50,421 bases of DNA from Hydrurus foetidus (lineage: Eukaryota): NCBI GenBank assembly GCA_900617105.1, contig UYFQ01000771.1, positions 1-50,421 of the forward strand, in the 5' to 3' direction. Shown here in pieces: positions 19,968-34,900 of the stretch. Positions within the stretch are counted from its first letter, which is position 1; each line of letters starts with the position of its first letter. The position numbers were made by a program, and so were the translations under genes. The notes below the pieces were generated by a model, which was not told the DNA's origin, made no database searches, and saw only the letters and a program-made list of their open reading frames with translations.

Positions 19968-22900
19968 CAAAAATTGTCACCGACTTCATAATAAATTACT
20001 CACTTTTCTACCAAAATTGTAATTTTTTATTATCGACTTCATAATAAATCACTCACTTTATATCAGCAAAAATTAATGGCATTATCATTTTCAGTAACAA
20101 ATTGATAATAAAAAGTAGGAAAAATGTAGTCAATATTAACCCAATTTTAATAAAAAGTATACTGAATAAAAAGTGTCACTCATTTTTTTTCGATCTCAGA
20201 AAACCCTGAAGTCAGCGATTTTTTTTAATCCAACTCACAATTTTAGATGTAAAAAAACGAAAAAATCTCGGCAAATAAAATCCTAGCTTTTTAATTTTAT
20301 CCACTTTTCTTTTATCCACTTTTCTTTTATCCACTTTTCTTTTTTGTTTTAGTATATTAGGAGTGTAAATATACCTCAGCTATGCTGATGCATTTGAGTC
20401 CAAAAGCAAGCATTCGAACTCGTTATCTATGACTTCTATAATGACGTTGCGCAAGCGCAACGGGCGCCTGAAGGGCGCCTTATCTCTAGTCGAACTATAC
20501 AAAAAATTGTCACCGACTTCATAATAAATGATTCACTTTTCTACCAAAATTGTAATTTTTTATTATCGACTTCATAATAAATCACTCACTTTATATCAGC
20601 AAAAATTAATGGCATTATCATTTTCAGTAACAAATTGATAATAAAAAGTAGGAAAAATGTAGTCAATATTAACCCAATTTTAATAAAAAGTATACTGAAT
20701 AAAAAGTGTCACTCATTTTTTTTCGATCTCAGAAAACCCCGAAGTCAGCTATTTTTTTTAATCCAACTCACAATTTTAGATGTAAAAAAACGAAAAAATC
20801 TCGGCAAATAAAATCCTAGCTTTTTAATTTTATCCACTTTTCTTTTATCCACTTTTCTTTTATCCACTTTTCTTTTTTGTTTTAGTATATTAGGAGTGTA
20901 AATATACCTCAGCTATGCTGATGCATTTGAGTCCAAAAGCAAGCATTCGAACTCGTTATCTATGACTTCTATAATGACGTTGCGCAAGCGCAACGGGCGC
21001 CTGAAGGGCGCCTTATCTCTAGTCGAACTATACAAAAAATTGTCACCGACTTCATAATAAATGATTCACTTTTCTACCAAAATTGTAATTTTTTATTATC
21101 GACTTCATAATAAATGACTCACTTTTTCACGAAATAATCAGCAAAAATTAATGGTATTATCATTTTCAGTAACAAATTGATAATAAAAAGTAGGAAAAAT
21201 GTAGTCAATAATAACACAATTTTCATAAAAAATATACCGAATAAAAAGTGTCACTCATTATTTTACATTCTCAGAAAACCCCGGAATCAGCTATTTTTTT
21301 AATCCAACTCACAATTTTAGATGTAAAAAAACGAAAAAATCTCGGCAAATAAAATCCTAGCTTTTTAATTTTATCCACTTTTCTTTTATCCACTTTTCTT
21401 TTATCCACTTTTCTTTTATCCACTTTTCTTTTTTGTTTTAGTATATTAGGAGTGTAAATATACCTCAGCTATGCTGATGCATTTGAGTCCAAAAGCAAGC
21501 ATTCGAACTCGTTATCTATGACTTCTATAATGACGTTGCGCAAGCGCAACGGGCGCCTGAAGGGCGCCTTATCTCTAGTCGAACTATACAAAAAATTGTC
21601 ACCGACTTCATAATAAATGATTCACTTTTCTACCAAAATTGTAATTTTTTATTATCGACTTCATAATAAATGACTCACTTTTTCACGAAATAATCAGCAA
21701 AAATTAATGGTATTATCATTTTCAGTAACAAATTGATAATAAAAAGTAGTAAAAATGTAGTCAATAATAACACAATTTTCATAAAAAATATACCGAATAA
21801 AAAGTGTCACTCATTATTTTACATTCTCAGAAAACCCCGGAATCAGCTATTTTTTTTAATCCAACTCACAATTTTAGATGTAAAAAAACGAAAAAATCTC
21901 GGCAAATAAAATCCTAGCTTTTTAATTTTATCCACTTTTCTTTTATCCACTTTTCTTTTATCCACTTTTCTTTTATCCACTTTTCTTTTTTGTTTTAGTA
22001 TATTAGGAGTGTAAATATACCTCAGCTATGCTGATGCATTTGAGTCCAAAAGCAAGCATTCGAACTCGTAATCTATGACTTCTATAATGACGTTGCGCAA
22101 GCGCAACGGGCGCCTGAAGGGCGCCTTATCTCTAGTCGAACTATACAAAAAATTGTCACCGACTTCACAATAAATGATTCACTTTTCTACCAAAATTGTA
22201 ATTTTTTATTATCGACTTCATAATAAATGACTCACTTTTTCACGAAATAATCAGCAAAAATTAATGGTATTATCATTTTCAGTAACAAATTGATAATAAA
22301 AAGTAGTAAAAATGTAGTCAATAATAACACAATTTTCATAAAAAATATACCGAATAAAAAGTGTCACTCATTATTTTACATTCTCAGAAAACCCCGGAAT
22401 CAGCTATTTTTTAATCCAACTCACAATTTTAGATGTAAAAAACGAAAAAATCTCGGCAAATAAAATCCTAGCTTTTTAATTTTATCCACTTTTCTTTTAT
22501 CCACTTTTCTTTTATCCACTTTTCTTTTATCCACTTTTCTTTTTTGTTTTAGTATATTAGGAGTGTAAATATACCTCAGCTATGCTGATGCATTTGAGTC
22601 CAAAAGCAAGCATTCGAACTCGTTATCTATGACTTCTATAATGACGTTGCGCAAGCGCAACGGGCGCCTGAAGGGCGCCTTATCTCTAGTCGAACTATAC
22701 AAAAAATTGTCACCGACTTCATAATAAATGATTCACTTTTCTACCAAAATTGTAATTTTTTACTATCGACTTCATAATAAATGACTCACTTTTTCACGAA
22801 ATAATCAGCAAAAATTAATGGTATTATCATTTTCAGTAACAAATTGATAATAAAAAGTAGTAAAAATGTAGTCAATAATAACACAATTTTCATAAAAAAT

Positions 22901-25900
22901 ATACCGAATAAAAAGTGTCACTCATTATTTTACATTCTCAGAAAACCCCGGAATCAGCTATTTTTTTAATCCAACTCACAATTTTAGATGTAAACAAATG
23001 AAAAAATCTCGGCAAATAAAATCCTAGCTTTTTAATTTTATCCACTTTTCTTTTATCCACTTTTCTTTTATCCACTTTTCTTTTATCCACTTTTCTTTTT
23101 TGTTTTAGTATATTAGGAGTGTAAATATACCTCAGCTATGCTGATGCATTTGAGTCCAAAAGCAAGCATTCGAACTCGTTATCTATGACTTCTATAATGA
23201 CGTTGCGCAAGCGCAACGGGCGCCTGAAGGGCGCCTTATCTCTAGTCGAACTATACAAAAAATTGTCACCGACTTCATAATAAATGATTCACTTTTCTAC
23301 CAAAATTGTAATTTTTTATTATCGACTTCATAATAAATGACTCACTTTTTCACGAAATAATCAGCAAAAATTAATGGTATTATCATTTTCAGTAACAAAT
23401 TGATAATAAAAAGTAGTAAAAATGTAGTCAATAATAACACAATTTTCATAAAAAATATACCGAATAAAAAGTGTCACTCATTATTTTACATTCTCAGAAA
23501 ACCCCGGAATCAGCTATTTTTTTTAATCCAACTCACAATTTTAGATGTAAAAAACGAAAAAATCTCGGCAAATAAAATCCTAGCTTTTTAATTTTATCCA
23601 CTTTTCTTTTATCCACTTTTCTTTTATCCACTTTTCTTTTATCCACTTTTCTTTTTTGTTTTAGTATATTAGGAGTGTAAATATACCTCAGCTATGCTGA
23701 TGCATTTGAGTCCAAAAGCAAGCATTCGAACTCGTAATCTATGACTTCTATAATGACGTTGCGCAAGCGCAACGGGCGCCTGAAGGGCGCCTTATCTCTA
23801 GTCGAACTATACAAAAAATTGTCACCGACTTCACAATAAATGATTCACTTTTCTACCAAAATTGTAATTTTTTATTATCGACTTCATAATAAATGACTCA
23901 CTTTTTCACGAAATAATCAGCAAAAATTAATGGTATTATCATTTTCAGTAACAAATTGATAATAAAAAGTAGTAAAAATGTAGTCAATAATAACACAATT
24001 TTCATAAAAAATATACCGAATAAAAAGTGTCACTCATTATTTTACATTCTCAGAAAACCCCGGAATCAGCTATTTTTTAATCCAACTCACAATTTTAGAT
24101 GTAAAAAACGAAAAAATCTCGGCAAATAAAATCCTAGCTTTTTAATTTTATCCACTTTTCTTTTATCCACTTTTCTTTTATCCACTTTTCTTTTATCCAC
24201 TTTTCTTTTTTGTTTTAGTATATTAGGAGTGTAAATATACCTCAGCTATGCTGATGCATTTGAGTCCAAAAGCAAGCATTCGAACTCGTTATCTATGACT
24301 TCTATAATGACGTTGCGCAAGCGCAACGGGCGCCTGAAGGGCGCCTTATCTCTAGTCGAACTATACAAAAAATTGTCACCGACTTCATAATAAATGATTC
24401 ACTTTTCTACCAAAATTGTAATTTTTTATTATCGACTTCATAATAAATGACTCACTTTTTCACGAAATAATCAGCAAAAATTAATGGTATTATCATTTTC
24501 AGTAACAAATTGATAATAAAAAGTAGTAAAAATGTAGTCAATAATAACACAATTTTCATAAAAAATATACCGAATAAAAAGTGTCACTCATTATTTTACA
24601 TTCTCAGAAAACCCCGGAATCAGCTATTTTTTTTAATCCAACTCACAATTTTAGATGTAAACAAATGAAAAAATCTCGGCAAATAAAATCCTAGCTTTTT
24701 AATTTTATCCACTTTTCTTTTATCCACTTTTCTTTTATCCACTTTTCTTTTATCCACTTTTCTTTTTTGTTTTAGTATATTAGGAGTGTAAATATACCTC
24801 AGCTATGCTGATGCATTTGAGTCCAAAAGCAAGCATTCGAACTCGTTATCTATGACTTCTATAATGACGTTGCGCAAGCGCAACGGGCGCCTGAAGGGCG
24901 CCTTATCTCTAGTCGAACTATACAAAAAATTGTCACCGACTTCATAATAAATGATTCACTTTTCTACCAAAATTGTAATTTTTTATTATCGACTTCATAA
25001 TAAATGACTCACTTTTTCACGAAATAATCAGCAAAAATTAATGGTATTATCATTTTCAGTAACAAATTGATAATAAAAAGTAGTAAAAATGTAGTCAATA
25101 ATAACACAATTTTCATAAAAAATATACCGAATAAAAAGTGTCACTCATTATTTTACATTCTCAGAAAACCCCGGAATCAGCTATTTTTTTTAATCCAACT
25201 CACAATTTTAGATGTAAACAAATGAAAAAATCTCGGCAAATAAAATCCTAGCTTTTTAATTTTATCCACTTTTCTTTTATCCACTTTTCTTTTATCCACT
25301 TTTCTTTTATCCACTTTTCTTTTTTGTTTTAGTATATTAGGAGTGTAAATATACCTCAGCTATGCTGATGCATTTGAGTCCAAAAGCAAGCATTCGAACT
25401 CGTAATCTATGACTTCTATAATGACGTTGCGCAAGCGCAACGGGCGCCTGAAGGGCGCCTTATCTCTAGTCGAACTATACAAAAAATTGTCACCGACTTC
25501 ATAATAAATGACTCACTTTTCTACCAAAATTGTAATTTTTTATTATCGACTTCATAATAAATGACTCACTTTTTCACGAAATAATCAGCAAAAATTAATG
25601 GTATTATCATTTTCAGTAACAAATTGATAATAAAAAGTAGGAAAAATGTAGTCAATAATAACACAATTTTCATAAAAAATATACCGAATAAAAAGTGTCA
25701 CTCATTATTTTACATTCTCAGAAAACCCCGGAATCAGCTATTTTTTTAATCCAACTCACAATTTTAGATGTAAACAAACGAAAAAATCTCGGCAAATAAA
25801 ATCCTAGCTTTTTAATTTTATCCACTTTTCTTTTATCCACTTTTCTTTTATCCACTTTTCTTTTATCCACTTTTCTTTTTTGTTTTAGTATATCAGGAGT

Positions 25901-28900
25901 GTAAATATACCTCAGCTATGCTGATGCATTTGAGTCCAAAAGCAAGCATTCGAACTCGTAATCTATGACTTCTATAATGACGTTGCGCAAGCGCAACGGG
26001 CGCCTGAAGGGCGCCTTATCTCTAGTCGAACTATACAAAAAATTGTCACCGACTTCATAATAAATGACTCACTTTTCTACCAAAATTGTAATTTTTTATT
26101 ATCGACTTCATAATAAATGACTCACTTTTTCACGAAATAATCAGCAAAAATTAATGGTATTATCATTTTCAGTAACAAATTGATAATAAAAAGTAGGAAA
26201 AATGTAGTCAATAATAACACAATTTTCATAAAAAATATACCGAATAAAAAGTGTCACTCATTATTTTACATTCTCAGAAAACCCCGGAATCAGCTATTTT
26301 TTTAATCCAACTCACAATTTTAGATGTAAAAAATGAAAAAATCTCGGCAAATAAAATCCTAGCTTTTTAATTTTATCCACTTTTCTTTTATCCACTTTTC
26401 TTTTATCCACTTTTCTTTTATCCACTTTTCTTTTTTGTTTTAGTATATTAGGAGTGTAAATATACCTCAGCTATGCTGATGCATTTGAGTCCAAAAGCAA
26501 GCATTCGAACTCGTTATCTATGACTTCTATAATGACGTTGCGCAAGCGCAACGGGCGCCTGAAGGGCGCCTTATCTCTAGTCGAACTATACAAAAAATTG
26601 TCACCGACTTCATAATAAATGATTCACTTTTCTACCAAAATTGTAATTTTTTATTATCGACTTCATAATAAATGACTCACTTTTTCACGAAATAATCAGC
26701 AAAAATTAATGGTATTATCATTTTCAGTAACAAATTGATAATAAAAAGTAGTAAAAATGTAGTCAATAATAACACAATTTTCATAAAAAATATACCGAAT
26801 AAAAAGTGTCACTCATTATTTTACATTCTCAGAAAACCCCGGAATCAGCTATTTTTTAATCCAACTCACAATTTTAGATGTAAAAAATGAAAAAATCTCG
26901 GCAAATAAAATCCTAGCTTTTTAATTTTATCCACTTTTCTTTTATCCACTTTTCTTTTATCCACTTTTCTTTTATCCACTTTTCTTTTTTGTTTTAGTAT
27001 ATTAGGAGTGTAAATATACCTCAGCTATGCTGATGCATTTGAGTCCAAAAGCAAGCATTCGAACTCGTTATCTATGACTTCTATAATGACGTTGCGCAAG
27101 CGCAACGGGCGCCTGAAGGGCGCCTTATCTCTAGTCGAACTATACAAAAAATTGTCACCGACTTCATAATAAATGATTCACTTTTCTACCAAAATTGTAA
27201 TTTTTTATTATCGACTTCATAATAAATGACTCACTTTTTCACGAAATAATCAGCAAAAATTAATGGTATTATCATTTTCAGTAACAAATTGATAATAAAA
27301 AGTAGTAAAAATGTAGTCAATAATAACACAATTTTCATAAAAAATATACCGAATAAAAAGTGTCACTCATTATTTTACATTCTCAGAAAACCCCGGAATC
27401 AGCTATTTTTTAATCCAACTCACAATTTTAGATGTAAAAAATGAAAAAATCTCGGCAAATAAAATCCTAGCTTTTTAATTTTATCCACTTTTCTTTTATC
27501 CACTTTTCTTTTATCCACTTTTCTTTTATCCACTTTTCTTTTTTGTTTTAGTATATTAGGAGTGTAAATATACCTCAGCTATGCTGATGCATTTGAGTCC
27601 AAAAGCAAGCATTCGAACTCGTTATCTATGACTTCTATAATGACGTTGCGCAAGCGCAACGGGCGCCTGAAGGGCGCCTTATCTCTAGTCGAACTATACA
27701 AAAAATTGTCACCGACTTCATAATAAATGATTCACTTTTCTACCAAAATTGTAATTTTTTATTATCGACTTCATAATAAATGACTCACTTTTTCACGAAA
27801 TAATCAGCAAAAATTAATGGTATTATCATTTTCAGTAACAAATTGATAATAAAAAGTAGTAAAAATGTAGTCAATAATAACACAATTTTCATAAAAAATA
27901 TACCGAATAAAAAGTGTCACTCATTATTTTACATTCTCAGAAAACCCCGGAATCAGCTATTTTTTTAATCCAACTCACAATTTTAGATGTAAAAAAACGA
28001 AAAAATCTCGGCAAATAAAATCCTAGCTTTTTAATTTTATCCACTTTTCTTTTATCCACTTTTCTTTTATCCACTTTTCTTTTTTGTTTTAGTATATTAG
28101 GAGTGTAAATATACCTCAGCTATGCTGATGCATTTGAGTCCAAAAGCAAGCATTCGAACTCGTAATCTATGACTTCTATAATGACGTTGCGCAAGCGCAA
28201 CGGGCGCCTGAAGGGCGCCTTATCTCTAGTCGAACTATACAAAAAATTGTCACCGACTTCATAATAAATGATTCACTTTTCTACCAAAATTGTAATTTTT
28301 TATTATCGACTTCATAATAAATGACTCACTTTTTCACGAAATAATCAGCAAAAATTAATGGTATTATCATTTTCAGTAACAAATTGATAATAAAAAGTAG
28401 TAAAAATGTAGTCAATAATAACACAATTTTCATAAAAAATATACCGAATAAAAAGTGTCACTCATTATTTTACATTCTCAGAAAACCCCGGAATCAGCTA
28501 TTTTTTAATCCAACTCACAATTTTAGATGTAAAAAATGAAAAAATCTCGGCAAATAAAATCCTAGCTTTTTAATTTTATCCACTTTTCTTTTATCCACTT
28601 TTCTTTTATCCACTTTTCTTTTATCCACTTTTCTTTTTTGTTTTAGTATATTAGTAGTGTAAATATACCTCAGCTATGCTGATGCATTTGAGTCCAAAAG
28701 CAAGCATTCGAACTCGTTATCTATGACTTCTATAATGACGTTGCGCAAGCGCAACGGGCGCCTGAAGGGCGCCTTATCTCTAGTCGAACTATACAAAAAA
28801 TTGTCACCGACTTCATAATAAATGATTCACTTTTCTACCAAAATTGTAATTTTTTATTATCGACTTCATAATAAATGACTCACTTTTTCACGAAATAATC

Positions 28901-31900
28901 AGCAAAAATTAATGGTATTATCATTTTCAGTAACAAATTGATAATAAAAAGTAGTAAAAATGTAGTCAATAATAACACAATTTTCATAAAAAATATACCG
29001 AATAAAAAGTGTCACTCATTATTTTACATTCTCAGAAAACCCCGGAATCAGCTATTTTTTTTAATCCAACTCACAATTTTAGATGTAAACAAATGAAAAA
29101 ATCTCGGCAAATAAAATCCTAGCTTTTTAATTTTATCCACTTTTCTTTTATCCACTTTTCTTTTATCCACTTTTCTTTTATCCACTTTTCTTTTTTGTTT
29201 TAGTATATTAGGAGTGTAAATATACCTCAGCTATGCTGATGCATTTGAGTCCAAAAGCAAGCATTCGAACTCGTTATCTATGACTTCTATAATGACGTTG
29301 CGCAAGCGCAACGGGCGCCTGAAGGGCGCCTTATCTCTAGTCGAACTATACAAAAAATTGTCACCGACTTCATAATAAATGATTCACTTTTCTACCAAAA
29401 TTGTAATTTTTTATTATCGACTTCATAATAAATGACTCACTTTTTCACGAAATAATCAGCAAAAATTAATGGTATTATCATTTTCAGTAACAAATTGATA
29501 ATAAAAAGTAGTAAAAATGTAGTCAATAATAACACAATTTTCATAAAAAATATACCGAATAAAAAGTGTCACTCATTATTTTACATTCTCAGAAAACCCC
29601 GGAATCAGCTATTTTTTTAATCCAACTCACAATTTTAGATGTAAACAAATGAAAAAATCTCGGCAAATAAAATCCTAGCTTTTTAATTTTATCCACTTTT
29701 CTTTTATCCACTTTTCTTTTATCCACTTTTCTTTTATCCACTTTTCTTTTTTGTTTTAGTATATTAGGAGTGTAAATATACCTCAGCTATGCTGATGCAT
29801 TTGAGTCCAAAAGCAAGCATTCGAACTCGTAATCTATGACTTCTATAATGACGTTGCGCAAGCGCAACGGGCGCCTGAAGGGCGCCTTATCTCTAGTCGA
29901 ACTATACAAAAAATTGTCACCGACTTCATAATAAATGATTCACTTTTCTACCAAAATTGTAATTTTTTATTATCGACTTCATAATAAATGACTCACTTTT
30001 TCACGAAATAATCAGCAAAAATTAATGGTATTATCATTTTCAGTAACAAATTGATAATAAAAAGTAGTAAAAATGTAGTCAATAATAACACAATTTTCAT
30101 AAAAAATATACCGAATAAAAAGTGTCACTCATTATTTTACATTCTCAGAAAACCCCGGAATCAGCTATTTTTTAATCCAACTCACAATTTTAGATGTAAA
30201 AAATGAAAAAATCTCGGCAAATAAAATCCTAGCTTTTTAATTTTATCCACTTTTCTTTTATCCACTTTTCTTTTATCCACTTTTCTTTTATCCACTTTTC
30301 TTTTTTGTTTTAGTATATTAGGAGTGTAAATATACCTCAGCTATGCTGATGCATTTGAGTCCAAAAGCAAGCATTCGAACTCGTTATCTATGACTTCTAT
30401 AATGACGTTGCGCAAGCGCAACGGGCGCCTGAAGGGCGCCTTATCTCTAGTCGAACTATACAAAAAATTGTCACCGACTTCATAATAAATGATTCACTTT
30501 TCTACCAAAATTGTAATTTTTTATTATCGACTTCATAATAAATGACTCACTTTTTCACGAAATAATCAGCAAAAATTAATGGTATTATCATTTTCAGTAA
30601 CAAATTGATAATAAAAAGTAGTAAAAATGTAGTCAATAATAACACAATTTTCATAAAAAATATACCGAATAAAAAGTGTCACTCATTATTTTACATTCTC
30701 AGAAAACCCCGGAATCAGCTATTTTTTAATCCAACTCACAATTTTAGATGTAAAAAATGAAAAAATCTCGGCAAATAAAATCCTAGCTTTTTAATTTTAT
30801 CCACTTTTCTTTTATCCACTTTTCTTTTATCCACTTTTCTTTTATCCACTTTTCTTTTTTGTTTTAGTATATTAGGAGTGTAAATATACCTCAGCTATGC
30901 TGATGCATTTGAGTCCAAAAGCAAGCATTCGAACTCGTTATCTATGACTTCTATAATGACGTTGCGCAAGCGCAACGGGCGCCTGAAGGGCGCCTTATCT
31001 CTAGTCGAACTATACAAAAAATTGTCACCGACTTCATAATAAATGATTCACTTTTCTACCAAAATTGTAATTTTTTATTATCGACTTCATAATAAATGAC
31101 TCACTTTTTCACGAAATAATCAGCAAAAATTAATGGTATTATCATTTTCAGTAACAAATTGATAATAAAAAGTAGTAAAAATGTAGTCAATAATAACACA
31201 ATTTTCATAAAAAATATACCGAATAAAAAGTGTCACTCATTATTTTACATTCTCAGAAAACCCCGGAATCAGCTATTTTTTTTAATCCAACTCACAATTT
31301 TAGATGTAAAAAAATGAAAAAATCTCGGCAAATAAAATCCTAGCTTTTTAATTTTATCCACTTTTCTTTTATCCACTTTTCTTTTATCCACTTTTCTTTT
31401 ATCCACTTTTCTTTTTTGTTTTAGTATATTAGGAGTGTAAATATACCTCAGCTATGCTGATGCATTTGAGTCCAAAAGCAAGCATTCGAACTCGTTATCT
31501 ATGACTTCTATAATGACGTTGCGCAAGCGCAACGGGCGCCTGAAGGGCGCCTTATCTCTAGTCGAACTATACAAAAAATTGTCACCGACTTCATAATAAA
31601 TGATTCACTTTTCTACCAAAATTGTAATTTTTTATTATCGACTTCATAATAAATGACTCACTTTTTCACGAAATAATCAGCAAAAATTAATGGTATTATC
31701 ATTTTCAGTAACAAATTGATAATAAAAAGTAGTAAAAATGTAGTCAATAATAACACAATTTTCATAAAAAATATACCGAATAAAAAGTGTCACTCATTAT
31801 TTTACATTCTCAGAAAACCCCGGAATCAGCTATTTTTTTTAATCCAACTCACAATTTTAGATGTAAAAAAACGAAAAAATCTCGGCAAATAAAATCCTAG

Positions 31901-34900
31901 CTTTTTAATTTTATCCACTTTTCTTTTATCCACTTTTCTTTTATCCACTTTTCTTTTTTGTTTTAGTATATTAGGAGTGTAAATATACCTCAGCTATGCT
32001 GATGCATTTGAGTCCAAAAGCAAGCATTCGAACTCGTAATCTATGACTTCTATAATGACGTTGCGCAAGCGCAACGGGCGCCTGAAGGGCGCCTTATCTC
32101 TAGTCGAACTATACAAAAAATTGTCACCGACTTCATAATAAATGATTCACTTTTCTACCAAAATTGTAATTTTTTATTATCGACTTCATAATAAATGACT
32201 CACTTTTTCACGAAATAATCAGCAAAAATTAATGGTATTATCATTTTCAGTAACAAATTGATAATAAAAAGTAGTAAAAATGTAGTCAATAATAACACAA
32301 TTTTCATAAAAAATATACCGAATAAAAAGTGTCACTCATTATTTTACATTCTCAGAAAACCCCGGAATCAGCTATTTTTTAATCCAACTCACAATTTTAG
32401 ATGTAAAAAATGAAAAAATCTCGGCAAATAAAATCCTAGCTTTTTAATTTTATCCACTTTTCTTTTATCCACTTTTCTTTTATCCACTTTTCTTTTATCC
32501 ACTTTTCTTTTTTGTTTTAGTATATTAGGAGTGTAAATATACCTCAGCTATGCTGATGCATTTGAGTCCAAAAGCAAGCATTCGAACTCGTTATCTATGA
32601 CTTCTATAATGACGTTGCGCAAGCGCAACGGGCGCCTGAAGGGCGCCTTATCTCTAGTCGAACTATACAAAAAATTGTCACCGACTTCATAATAAATGAT
32701 TCACTTTTCTACCAAAATTGTAATTTTTTATTATCGACTTCATAATAAATGACTCACTTTTTCACGAAATAATCAGCAAAAATTAATGGTATTATCATTT
32801 TCAGTAACAAATTGATAATAAAAAGTAGTAAAAATGTAGTCAATAATAACACAATTTTCATAAAAAATATACCGAATAAAAAGTGTCACTCATTATTTTA
32901 CATTCTCAGAAAACCCCGGAATCAGCTATTTTTTAATCCAACTCACAATTTTAGATGTAAACAAACGAAAAAATCTCGGCAAATAAAATCCTAGCTTTTT
33001 AATTTTATCCACTTTTCTTTTATCCACTTTTCTTTTATCCACTTTTCTTTTATCCACTTTTCTTTTTTGTTTTAGTATATTAGGAGTGTAAATATACCTC
33101 AGCTATGCTGATGCATTTGAGTCCAAAAGCAAGCATTCGAACTCGTAATCTATGACTTCTATAATGACGTTGCGCAAGCGCAACGGGCGCCTGAAGGGCG
33201 CCTTATCTCTAGTCGAACTATACAAAAAATTGTCACCGACTTCATAATAAATGATTCACTTTTCTACCAAAATTGTAATTTTTTATTATCGACTTCATAA
33301 TAAATGACTCACTTTTTCACGAAATAATCAGCAAAAATTAATGGTATTATCATTTTCAGTAACAAATTGATAATAAAAAGTAGGAAAAATGTAGTCAATA
33401 ATAACACAATTTTCATAAAAAATATACCGAATAAAAAGTGTCACTCATTATTTTACATTCTCAGAAAACCCCGGAATCAGCTATTTTTTTTAATCCAACT
33501 CACAATTTTAGATGTAAACAAATGAAAAAATCTCGGCAAATAAAATCCTAGCTTTTTAATTTTATCCACTTTTCTTTTATCCACTTTTCTTTTATCCACT
33601 TTTCTTTTTTGTTTTAGTATATTAGGAGTGTAAATATACCTCAGCTATGCTGATGCATTTGAGTCCAAAAGCAAGCATTCGAACTCGTAATCTATGACTT
33701 CTATAATGACGTTGCGCAAGCGCAACGGGCGCCTGAAGGGCGCCTTATCTCTAGTCGAACTATACAAAAAATTGTCACCGACTTCATAATAAATGATTCA
33801 CTTTTCTACCAAAATTGTAATTTTTTATTATCGACTTCATAATAAATGACTCACTTTTTCACGAAATAATCAGCAAAAATTAATGGTATTATCATTTTCA
33901 GTAACAAATTGATAATAAAAAGTAGTAAAAATGTAGTCAATAATAACACAATTTTCATAAAAAATATACCGAATAAAAAGTGTCACTCATTATTTTACAT
34001 TCTCAGAAAACCCCGGAATCAGCTATTTTTTAATCCAACTCACAATTTTAGATGTAAAAAATGAAAAAATCTCGGCAAATAAAATCCTAGCTTTTTAATT
34101 TTATCCACTTTTCTTTTATCCACTTTTCTTTTATCCACTTTTCTTTTATCCACTTTTCTTTTTTGTTTTAGTATATTAGTAGTGTAAATATACCTCAGCT
34201 ATGCTGATGCATTTGAGTCCAAAAGCAAGCATTCGAACTCGTTATCTATGACTTCTATAATGACGTTGCGCAAGCGCAACGGGCGCCTGAAGGGCGCCTT
34301 ATCTCTAGTCGAACTATACAAAAAATTGTCACCGACTTCATAATAAATGATTCACTTTTCTACCAAAATTGTAATTTTTTATTATCGACTTCATAATAAA
34401 TGACTCACTTTTTCACGAAATAATCAGCAAAAATTAATGGTATTATCATTTTCAGTAACAAATTGATAATAAAAAGTAGTAAAAATGTAGTCAATAATAA
34501 CACAATTTTCATAAAAAATATACCGAATAAAAAGTGTCACTCATTATTTTACATTCTCAGAAAACCCCGGAATCAGCTATTTTTTAATCCAACTCACAAT
34601 TTTAGATGTAAAAAACGAAAAAATCTCGGCAAATAAAATCCTAGCTTTTTAATTTTATCCACTTTTCTTTTATCCACTTTTCTTTTATCCACTTTTCTTT
34701 TATCCACTTTTCTTTTTTGTTTTAGTATATTAGGAGTGTAAATATACCTCAGCTATGCTGATGCATTTGAGTCCAAAAGCAAGCATTCGAACTCGTTATC
34801 TATGACTTCTATAATGACGTTGCGCAAGCGCAACGGGCGCCTGAAGGGCGCCTTATCTCTAGTCGAACTATACAAAAAATTGTCACCGACTTCATAATAA

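Noticed and set aside
23400..32994. Short ORFs within array units (23400-23591, 32812-32994)
   Set aside because: They depend on homopolymer length variants and are not maintained across units.
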